The notes under the pieces: generated by a model
What the model was told of the DNA's origin: nothing
The model's database searches: none
Seen by the model: the letters and a program-made list of their open reading frames with translations, nothing else
Origin: Hormiphora californensis
Taxonomy: Eukaryota; Animalia; Ctenophora
Direction: 5' to 3'
NCBI GenBank assembly: GCA_020137815.1
Contig: CM035359.1
Span: 6,944,001 to 7,008,000 of the forward strand
Length of the DNA: 64,000 nucleotides
Program-made: the position numbers and the translations under genes
In this document: positions 12,101-24,100 of the stretch, in pieces
Layout of the letters: the number at the start of each line of letters is the position of its first letter
How positions within the stretch are numbered: position 1 is the first letter of the stretch

Positions 12101-15100
12101 AGAATACAATGGTACCGACTATTCAGGATGGATATTGGATCAGGTCGTGTATTGGGCTAAAGATTATGTGGCAACTGACGATTACAGCTTCAAGTAAGTA
12201 AACATATTTATTTGTTCATGACAGCTGGGACCCCTATTAGGGGTGGGACTGACCGAAGACTCTGAAATGACCTATTGCTCTTGCAGATTGGGAAGCAGAT
12301 GGAAATATCTAGAAACTGATACATTCGATGCTAACAATGTCATTCCCCATATGTTGGGCTACTGCATCGTAGTCAATGATGATCAGTCCCTAGTCCAAAT
12401 TATACCCGGTAAAAACGGTGGATTCACCATTCTTCTTGATGCCAAAATTGCAACGTACATGCCAAACGTGGTATGTTTTAACGGCCACTACTCCTTCATA
12501 AAATCAAATATTAAATGTACTCCTTCACAAAATCAATTATAAAATCCACTTCTCCTGATAAATATGACGGCTCCTACTAGGATACGTACGGGTTCGAAGT
12601 CTACCTGAGGACTCCTTATGAGCAAGTGATGATAAATAAAGGTGGCATTAGCGCAGAAACAGGGAGAGAAACTAACATTCAAATCAACAAAAACAAGGTA
12701 TTTAATGAACCATTTTAAAATGATTATACGTATGATTATGATTCGTTCTGTACACACTACACGTTTATTACTTTCAGATGACACGATTGGCTTCACACTG
12801 GGGCACGTGCCAATCAAAGGTCAGTTTAACAGCATCTCTTTTTCCAATACTCTGCAGATCAAACACGTTCTTAGGGAAAAGTTTGAACCGTATTGTTCCC
12901 ACTAGGCGAGTCAGTTCTACCCGAACAAGTTTAAAGATGGGGTTTTTGAGAGTCAGCGGGAGTGTTATCAGGAGGCGATTGTAGAAATTGCTCAATATGA
13001 GTGCAACTGCACACCCTGGTATTATGTAGAGAGGTAAATATTGAATTATGTATTGTACGATCATCTTATTATTTGTTATGTTTGAACTTTGATACTACCC
13101 CGGTTTAACGTACCCCGATTTAACGGCACTTCCCCCGATATAGGACCCCGATTTAATTGACAAAACCCTTTCCCCCGATGGGGTCCGACTCTATACACAT
13201 TGCTTTCAGGATGGTTGTATTGAACATTTCTTCTTGGGATGACTATACGCAGTGCAGCTTCGCTAGACAGGTCATTTGTGATGGCGTAATATATCGTAAG
13301 TTTATATGTGTTGTTTATAATTGCCTATAATTGGTCTAATTAGAATTTAATTACAAATTATCGTTTATGGGGGAGGCATGGCCAAAATGCCAGATCGCGG
13401 ATTTCAGGTCGGTGTAGTTTTGGTCCCTTCTCCATTTTCATAGTGTTCCCTTTTCATATAGTGTTCCAAAAACCCAATGAATAAGAGCTCAATACTTGTA
13501 TTGTTCATACAACAGCACAACAGCACGACTCAATACTTATTTCTGCAGAGTTGATGGAGAACTGGCTGGAAGAAGATAAGAACAACATTGAGTGTGGGCA
13601 CGAGCGGTGTGCCTATGATCACTGGACCTATCAAATTCAACAAACAAACGTAAGGCTCCTTTCTGATATAAGACTCATCATATGGCAACCACTCTTATAA
13701 TGAGAGCGGTTGTCATGGGCGGAAACCCCATAGATAGCTCCTGGCCCTAGATCATATTATAGATTGGCTAATTAGAAATATCGTGATTTCTAAAAAACCA
13801 AGGATGCAGATGTGTACAACTTCTCCGACAAATCACTATCATAGTTTTGATTATTATTATTATTTTCAGTGGCCAGCATCAGAGGTAGCGTTCAATTTAT
13901 CTGTCAAAGACCTTCTAAAGAATGACCCAACCTACGAATATGCTAAGAAAAATATAGCCAAGGTGAGATAACGAAACAACCAAGATTAATTAGTTAGACT
14001 AATTAGTAATTAAGTTAATTGAAAGGATGGGTTACCAGTTTCTTTCCGACCTTTCTAATTCTTGAAACAACTAAATCCGGAATTCAACAGGTGAACATAT
14101 ACTACGGGGACATGAAAGAGAATACGATATCCCAAGAGAAAGCGTACGAGGTTTTCAGCTTCATATGTGAGTACAGTGTACAGTGTACACATGGGCTACT
14201 GTAATATGCAATATTCTAATATATCTTGTAATCATTTGTATAATTAATCAATTTCTATCTTCAGCTGAGTTTGGCGGTGGAGTAGATTTCTTTATTGGAC
14301 TCTCATTCTTCACAGCGTTCCAAGCGATAGAGATCTTCATTGCTTACACATGCTGCAGACGCTTGCGAGGCAGGGGAACTACAGTAGCGAACTCTAATGC
14401 TAAGTAAAAACTAAAACCTGTGTCATGGACGCGTTCAACAATCTAAACCTAAAGAATATATTTTTCTCTATAATGTATAAACTGCTTCTTGTTGCCTTCC
14501 AACAGAAAGTGTATTTAAACTGTTTTGCTAACTTTTCTTAGCTGTATATATCAAACTCATGTATTATATCTGTGCACTTAAACAAACCTAAAATCTTGAC
14601 TCATTTTTCCCATTTATGTCAACCTAAAGACAATCCTACCAAAATAATTAATTGATATCAATTAATTAATTAATTAATTAATTAATTATACGAACAACTC
14701 TTACCAAAGTAGATGGTTTTGATTTTAAGGTTTTCTCTGACAATCACAGGTTTATCAGATTTAGGCTCTCCCTTCTTGTCATCCTTCTTGGCGTCCGTCT
14801 TAGTCGCGTTCTGAAAAGGAAGTTCATTGGTTACGAAGTTACCCCTTGCCAGCGCGCGCGAAGGTCGCCCGGCGAGATGAGAGTGTGAGGTGTCTTCGAT
14901 AGCAAGGAAGTTCATGGGTCAGCTAAATATCTAGATCAGTGACTTGTCCCAGTTACATTTCGAAGAATTGGAATTGTTGTAGATTGAGTTCCCGAACACC
15001 AAAGTAAGCTAATAGCAGCTCCAATAAAATGCAAAGTGAGCCACTGAGCCAAACAAGCAGGATGGCAAAAGAATACATGCAGGGAAATAAACACCTTAGT

Positions 15101-18100
15101 ATCAGTGGTGTTATTCTCTTTTTTCTCCTCCTTTCCTTCTTCTTTTTTCTCTGTTCCTTCCTTCTTTTCCTCACCCTCCTTTTTCTCTCCTTCCTCCTGA
15201 ACATGGGTGTGAATTACAAACACCAGCATTCCAAAACAACTTGGTAACCCTGGTAACAACTTGGTTACAACTTGGTAACCCTGGTAACAACTTGGTTACA
15301 ACAATTGGTAACCCTGGTAACAACTTGGTTACACTAATTGTAACTTACGTTTCCTCCAAAGAAGTTACTGACACTGTCCAGCCATCCAGCCTCAGTTTTA
15401 TTGGCTGGTATTGTCTCAAAGATGGCCTCAACAGAATCTACTGTTATTATTCCTGACTCACCGACCTAGCAGAGAGAGGTGTTTAAGAGAGATGTTTAAG
15501 AGAGATGTTAGACCACTTGGCCAATTAATTATCACTCGAGCCGGGAGCATAATTACAGATTGGGGTGATATTTGTAAGGCTTATTTTCGGTGACCGACAA
15601 ACAAAGGGACAAAGCGCGCTTGCGAGACAAGTAAACACGTCAAGGTTCATTAACAAGCATGCTGCTCAGTCATTTTAGATTTAATACACAATGTAAGGAT
15701 ACCATGTAATAGGTGAGACTCTTGCCGTCACCCTCGTTCAAGTCCCGTGAAAAACGGAGCAGTACACGCAAACTGATGCCCATTTTCCTCGCGTGACCCC
15801 GATTCAGCAGTTTGAGACACCAACTCTTTAGGGGGCCATATCTCAGGAACCAGACAAGATAGGAAAAATCGCCGTCTAATGAGGCGTACAGTTTTTAATC
15901 TAGTTTACCACTGTACCGGCCGTTTCACTCTCCGACCTAAAACAAAAATCGCAACCCCACAAAACTTCAAAATAATGAAATTCACATCTCGCATGTCGTG
16001 TTGCATGTCGTGTCATGTTATTGACGCGCTCGCGTTCAACTCTCACACAGCAGCTGCAGAACATGGCGGGAAACATCGAGGAGTAGAGAGAGGGTCGGTG
16101 CCGAATCAAATATTTCTTGATCTTGATCTACTCCATCTCTCAGCTATCCTACCCCTCATCAACTCGATCTCTCAGCTACCCTACCCCTCATCTACTCCAT
16201 CTTTCAGCTACCCTACCCCTCATCTACTCCATCTTTCAGCTACCCTACCCCTTATCTAGTCCATCTCTCAGCTACCCTACTCCTCATCTACTCCATCTCT
16301 CAGCTTCCCTATTAGGGAAGCATAGAGATGGAAACGATTAGGGGTAGGGAATCCCTATCCATAATCGTTTCCATCTCTATGCTTCCCTAGCCCTCATCAA
16401 CTCCATCTTTCAGCTACCCTACCCCTAATCTAGTCCATCTCTCCGCTACCCTACTCCTCATCTACTCCATCTCTCAGCTACCCTACCTCCCATTTACTCC
16501 ATCTCTCAGCTACCCTACCTCCCATTTACTCCATCTCTCAGCTTCCCTACCTCCCATTTACTCCATCTCTCAGCTTACCTACCTCCCATTTACTCCATAT
16601 CTCAGCTTCCCTAACTGCCATTTACTCCATCTTTCAGATACCCTACCTCCCATTTACTCCATCTCTCAGCTTACCTACCTCCCATTTACTCCATCTCTCA
16701 GCTTCCCTACATCCCATTTACTCCATCTCTCAGCTTCCCTACCTCCCATTTACTCCATCTCTCAGCTACCCAACCTCCCATTCACTCCATCTATCAGCTA
16801 CCCTACCTCCCATTTACTCCATCTCTCAGCTTCCCTACCTCCCATTTACTCCATCTCTTAGCTTACCTACCTCCCATTTACTCCATATCTCAGCTTCCCT
16901 ACCTCCCATTTACTCCATCTCTCAGATACCCTACCTCCCATTTACTCCGTCTCTCAGCTTACCTACCTTCCATTTACTCCATCTCTCAGCTTCCCTACCT
17001 CCCATTTACTCTATCCCTCAGCTACCCTACCTCCCATTTGATCCATCTCTCAGCTTCCCTACCTCCCATTTACTCCATTTCTCAGCTTCCCTACCTCTCA
17101 TTTACTTACTCCATCTCTCAGCTACCCTACCTCGTCATTAGTACTCCATCTCTCAGCTACCCTACCTCCCATTTACTCCATCTCTCAGCTTCCCTACCTC
17201 CCATTTACTCCATCTCTCAGCTTCCTACCTCCCATTTACTCCATCTCTCAGCTACCTTACCTTCCATTTACTCCATCTCTCAGCTTCCCTTCCTCCCATT
17301 TACTCCATCTCTCAGCTACCCTACCTCCATTTACTCCATCTCTCTCAGCTTCCCTACCTCCCATTTACTCCATCCTCTCAGCTTCCCTACCTCCCATTTA
17401 CTCCATCTCTCAGGGGTAGGAATGTTAGGATAAATGAGAGATGGAGTAAATGGGAGGTAGGGAAGCTGAGAGATGGAGTAAATGGGAGGTAGGGAAGCTG
17501 AGAGATGGAGTAAATGGGAGGTAGGGAAGGTAAGCGATGGAGTAAATGGGAGGTAGGGAAGCTGAGAGATGGAGTAAATGGGAGGTAGGGTAGCTGAGAG
17601 ATGGAGTAAATGGGAGGAAGGGAAGCTGAGAGATGGAGTAAATGGAAGGTAAGGTAGCTGAGAGATGAGTAAATGGGAGGTAGGGAAGCTGAGAGATGGA
17701 GTAAATGGGAGGTAGGAAGCTGAGAGATGGAGTAAATGGGGAGGTAGGGTAGCTGAGAGATGGAGTACTAAATGAGAGGTAGGGTACGAAGATGGAGTAA
17801 GAAATGAAGGTAGGGAAGCTAGAAAGGGAAAAAGGGAGGTGGGGAATTTAGGAGGATAAAGGGGAGGTAGGGTATTGGGATAGAGTAAATGGGAGGTGGG
17901 AAGCGAGAGATGAGAAAATGGAAGGTATAACTGAAGGGGGTAAAGGGGTTGGGTCGAGAGATGGAAAAAAAAAATGGGGAGGTAGGGAACTGAGATAGGA
18001 GAAAAGGGAGGTGGGAAGCAAAGAATGAGAAAATGGGAGGTGGGGAAAGCGAGAGATGGGAAAAATGGGGTTCAAATTTTGTTTTGAGGGTTTGGGTACT

Positions 18101-21100
18101 AGGGGAGTAAATGGGGGGTAGGGAAAGCTGAATTAGTTTGGGGTAGGTAGCAAAGAGATGGAGTAAATGGGAGGTGGGAAGCGAGAGTGGAGTAAAGGGG
18201 AGTTAGGGTAGCTATAGATGGGTGAGGGGATTTGGGGGTAGCTGAGAGAATAAAGGAGTGGGGAAGCTGAGAGGGATTAAATGGGAGGTAGGGAACTGGA
18301 GATGGAAAAAAATGGGAGGGGTAAGGCGAAGATGGTAAATGGGGGGTAGGGTATCTGAAGATGGAGTAATGGCAGTTAGGGAAGCTGAGATTGGAGTAAA
18401 TGGGATAGGAAGCTGAGGGGGTGGAGGAAAAAGGGGAGTAATCAAGATCAAAAATATTTGATTCGGCACCGACCCTCTCTCTACCCTCGATGTTTCCCCC
18501 CCATGTTTGCACTCTTGTGAGATTTGAACGCGAGCGCGTAAATAACATACCGTGCAACACGACATGCGAGATGCGAATTTCTTTTTTTGAATTTTTGTGG
18601 GTTGCGTTTTTTGTTTTTCGGAGAGGAAAGGGCCGGTAAGTGGTAAAATAATTAAAAATGAGCCTATTAGACGGCGATTTTTCCTACTTTTGGGTTCCTG
18701 AATAGGGCCCCCCAAAGATTTTGTGCCCTAAAACATGAATGGGGGTCACGCAAAAAAGGGGCATCTTTTGGGGTTAGCCCCTTTTTTTCAGGATTTAAAC
18801 GGGGGGACGGCAAGAGTCTCACCTTTAAGGGACCCTTTTACATTGGTTTAAAATCTAAAAGACGAGCACTGCTTTTTAATAAACCCTTGACGTGTTTTTT
18901 GTCTCGCAAGCGCCTGCGCTAGCAAACACGACATGCAGTTCAACCCTGAAAGGGGTGTTACGGGAACGGGGGTGTTACTACATTTTCCCAGGGGGGGCAA
19001 TTTTAAATTAATTTTAATTAATTAATTGGTTTCTCACCAGAAGATGTGCCTTGATTCCCTTGGAAGTTTTGTCGTGGTGTTGGTTGAACACGTCACGTAC
19101 ACCCTCAATATTGACCCTCATTAGCTCCTCTACTCCAAACTCCCTGGAAGTGTGGTTACCATGGTTACTGTGTGTTATTACCATGCCTTGTACAAAGGAA
19201 ATATAATTGTTACCCTCTGTCTGACGGCGCCAACATTTTTCCCATATCAGTTAACCCTCACTTGGCCTTTTTCCCCTTTTAGCCCCAGGTTTCCAAACTG
19301 AATTTAATGAAAGTCTCCGTGAACTTTTGGAAAAAAGTCATGGCTTTCTTTTGAGGGTAGGCATTGTTCCGGTAGTACAGCTCCTTGTTAACTAGCTTCT
19401 CCTCCGATACATCTCCTGAAGATGTTGTCATGGTAACGGAGAGAGGTAACCACGGGTTGTTGCCATGGTCTGTTTTCAAACCCGGGGGACCATGAAAAGG
19501 GAAAAATAACGCAAGGGGCAAACGCTAAGCGTGAGGTATCTGAACGAAACCCAATTTTAAACAAGAGTTTTTTTTCCCCCCAGGCTTTGTTTATATTTTT
19601 TTTAGCGCAATACCCAATACATATTTTCAGGAGAGGGGAAAAGAGAGAGGAGAGAGGAAGAGAGAGAGAGAGAGGAGAACATAGATGAGAACATAGATAG
19701 AGGAGAGGACATAGATAGAAAACATAGATAGAGAGAAAAGAACGAGAGAAAGAGAGAGAGAGAGAGGAGAAGGGAAATGGATAGAAGAGGAGACGGGGAG
19801 GGAAAGGAGAAGAGAAGAGAGAGAGATAGAGGGGGAGGAGAAGGGGGGGGAAAAAAGAGAGAGAGAGAAGAGAAAAAGAGGGGAAAAAGAGAGTAGAAAA
19901 AAGGGAAAAAAGAGTTGTTTGGGGGGGAGGGGGGGAAAAAAAAGGGGGGGGGGGGGCCCGGGGGGGGGGGAGGGGGGGGGGGGGGGGGGGGGGGGGGAAC
20001 GGGGGGGGGGCGGTGGGGGGGGGGGGGGGGGAAAGGGGAGGGGGGGGAAAAAAAAAAGGGGGGGGGGGGGGGAGGGGGGGGTTTCCCCCAAAGGGATATA
20101 TGGGTGGGGAAAAACCCAAAACCGGGTACAATTTCCAAATTCATTTGTTTTGTTTGTCCTCAACTCAGATTTTTAAACTAGGTCGTTCAGCGTAGTGGTG
20201 GAAAGGGAAAGACCTTGAAAACTGCTGAGTTTCCAAAACATAGCAAAAACACAAACAAGTATAGCTCGGAGCGATAATTCGAAACAGTTTCCGAACATTG
20301 TCAGTAATAATTTAAATTTTAACTTGAAAATTGCGATTATTTACTGAGGATTGACCAAACACCCGGCACTGTATTAGTTCCTGTAACATCACAGTCAAAA
20401 ATATGGTTACCATGGTTACCATTATGAGTTACCATGTTAACATATCATAAAGATGTACTTACCTCCTTCGTTCAGAATAAGCTTGTGGAAGGCAACGAAA
20501 AAGGGGAACTGGTTGGCATCCTTCAGCTTGATTTCTTTCGTCCTGTGAGGGAGTTTTAGTTTGGTTACCATGGTAACAAGTTGGCACTGGAGAAGTATAA
20601 AAAATGAGCAAAATACCTGAAGACAGAAGAGGCAGTAGCGGCCATGAAGGCACTTCCCATGGCGGCAGCTTCATCGGTGTTGATGTACTTGTGCAGCACA
20701 GACCTGGACCAGAGAGGGTTTTAGTAACTGTACATGAGTTACCACAGAGGGATTTTATGTATATTTTATGGTTTTAGTATTATGTGAGGTTTTGAACGCG
20801 TCAAGAACCGACCCCTTCATAAAAAGAGGGACAAGGTAAACTCCAGTAGCTTTCTTTATTTCCTCCTGGATCCGGGGCACCCTGGTACCTCCTCCAAATA
20901 GGACAACCTGATCAATCTCCTTCTCACTAACACCGCTCGTGGTAATGGCATCCTTGAAGGGGGCACTGAACAGGGGAGGAGGGGTTATTGGGGGCATTGG
21001 ACGGGGGAGGAGGGGTTATTAGGGGCATTGGACGGGGCATTGGACGGGGGGTTGGGGGTAGATGTTATATATAAGTTATTGGTATAATCCTTGAAAGAAA

Positions 21101-24100
21101 TCATGTACGTACGCAATACGGGGATACAGGTCAGCAAATAGATTCTCCAGCTCCTCCCTTGAAACTTTTAGTCTAAAGTCAGTGTCTTCATGTAGAGTCT
21201 CAACCTGTACGGGGATGAGGATCGGGTTTCTTTGTTTGTTTGTTTGTTTGTAGGATCGGGTTTGTTGTTACTTACTGTTGAATCAAAATAAAAGAAGAAT
21301 AACAACTTTTAATTAATGGGGATAGAGAATGTTAAACATTAATAAAAGAAGGGAAAATATTACGAATTTTAGTGTCTGTACCTGAGCACGTGCATCCTGA
21401 TTGGCGCTCAGCACAGTTTTCACTTTCTTTGCTTCTTTCAATAACTTTGACATGGCTCTCTTGTTCTTTGTAATGGGGGATTTCTGAAAGAATATACTGG
21501 TAAAACAGATTAGTAGATGCAGCTAGTACAGAAAAGCTCTGTTCAGCTGTAGTAGTAGGGGGATTCCAGACAGTAGCTACACAGTCAGACCCTAAACTAG
21601 CTGTGTTCTTCTTTCTACAAGGGAGTCTGGCTTGAAACAAAAGATTACTATCATAATACGTAATTTTGATTTCAGTTTTACCTTTGGGTATTTTTCAGTA
21701 AACTTGGCAGCCAGATAGTCTCTCAACCTCATGTCCATCTCAAAACCTCCCAAGTTCCTGTCATACCTGGAAAGAGAAATACAGTAATAGAATGGTAACC
21801 TTGGTAACGACCTGGTAACCCCTGGTAGATCCTGGGGAAAATAAAAAGGTATCACAGTGCTGGGGCCCCGGGGACAACGGTCTAAATACAGATCCCATTC
21901 TTGATTTGGTGATGACATCCCCTATTATGTTATACACTCAGCCGGCTTCGCCGGCTTCGTTTGCCGCGCTTCGCGCGGCCCTAGTGTAGGGGTGACCGCG
22001 TCACCAAATTCTTGATTCTGTGCCATTCCCTAAGCACTAACACCCTTGTTCCATGGGCAGAATTACGCCGCAGAATTACGCCTTGTGCATACGTTGGGCC
22101 TGATAATAAAAGGCGTAATTCAGCCTAAATCTTGCCGAATTCTGCCCATGGAACAAGGGTGTTAGAGCGTGTGGGCATGATGTGTACAATATATCTACGA
22201 TAGCAGAGACGTAACATCTAGCTAACATATGTACAACTAAAATGTACATCCAACAACATACCCGACACCCATGATTTGTACAGTGGGTTTCTTATCTCCA
22301 CTAATCTTGTCCTTTTGTAGACCATAGCTGACCACTGCGGCTGAGGTGAACTGGGCACCAACTGTGGCAAATAGCACAATCTGGGGAGGAGAGGGGAGGA
22401 GAGTTAGAGACAAGCTTTGGGGCAAGACAACTGATATCAAGTTTATGACTTACCAATGATTGTGCCACTGCCAATGACTTACTAGTTATCACACCAAAAA
22501 CACTTACCAGTGGTTTCTCGACCATCTCAATGTTCCTAAATACTGCATACTGGAGGGCGATGGAAGAGGGCTGACTCATCAACTGGAGGACCTGGACCTG
22601 GGCAATATCTGCAACACTGAAATAGTTGAGTTTAGGAACACACAACCTAGGAATCAGAAACCGACCGACACAAGTAAACAACCAATCAGAACTCGTTATT
22701 TAGGTCACGTGACTGGTTATCAGCCAATCAGGGACCAGTATTTCCTGATTCGGTCGGTTCCTGCTAGGAATTCTAACAATATTGTGATATTACTACTACA
22801 ACAAAATCAACTGATTTGATGTAGTGCATTATCCCGATAAATCGGGGTACGACTGAATTAATCTAGCACACTACCGTAGTTTGTTTTCACACAACTATCA
22901 CCGTTTTTGCTTGCCAACCGACCAACAGAATATATGGGACACCCAATTACCTCAATAGTGCTTCCCGTTCGCGTTGGTTAAAGAAGGGAGGAGTTACAAT
23001 GATAACTTTACTAATCGCACTCCCACCGTGGGCTGTTGCCAGGGAAATGGCATGCTCAACCTGTATGATGGGGTTGCCAAGTTAGACTGTTATTCGCGCG
23101 CCCCACGGGTGAATATCTTGTTTTTATAGAATAAAATAAAAGAGTTTGTACAAAACAATAATGGGGATCACGGGATTGTATTGTGGGATACATATCTCTG
23201 AGGGAAGAAAGTACCCAAAGTACTATAATTATAGTTTAATTTACCTGAGACCTACTCATATTGCACACTGAATATGATAACTAGAAACCGGTGTAAGCCG
23301 CAAGTAAACAACCTCAGAACTCTTATTTAGTCCGTCACGTTTCAGCAATCGGGGTCGTTTCCTATCGGTCGGCCTACCGTACGGAATCTAACAAGGTGTG
23401 CTACTACTACTAACAAATGAACTATACCTGATGAGTCATATCGATAATGGGTAACGATATACCGCGAGTACCGTAATTCAAGTTTAACACTATCACGTTT
23501 TGAGTTTGGGTAATGCGCCAAAATAGTCAGGGACAATGCAAATTTATGTGATGTCCTGTTCCTTAGCATGTAGTCAGGGGAGATTTCTCAGGAACTCTAC
23601 TATCGCCTCCCCGATTTGCTTGCCAGAAACTGCTATGTTAACTGTTTGAGTTGGCCGATTTAATTTTGCAAGCGATTAGGGTTTATTCTTAGAACTTGGT
23701 TAATTTCAGAAACCACTATAGATTAAAATTCAAATACTCGGTTGATTGTAAAATGGGTATACTCCTCTGGGGTAAAATGGTTACCCAAAGTAAATGATCA
23801 ATACCATTATTATCCTCACCCTTTAATCGGTCCAGCACTGAGGAAGTTAATGTGTGCATGACAGAATCTAAGATAACGGTGACATTTCAACACCCGCATA
23901 GCCTGATTACCCTACGCTATAAAAGTCCGAGCAAGCTTTCTAAACCACTTACCGTAACAGGTGGCAAATTCCAAAAACCTACCGGAAATTTTGAGATTGA
24001 AATATAATAAACCTTCGGTTTTAAAATTTCGTCTCATTGGAATGTTTCGATTGAGTTACCTATATTTTTCTCTACTCGGGATTATGAATATATTTTCAAC

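Noticed and set aside
16117-18715. Repetitive Leu/Ser/Pro ORFs
   Set aside because: They are translations of the 30-bp satellite and its inverted copy.
19388-20195. Pro-rich/Gly-rich ORFs resembling formin or extensin
   Set aside because: They derive from poly-G and degraded (AG)n in a low-quality stretch inside a HYOU1 intron.
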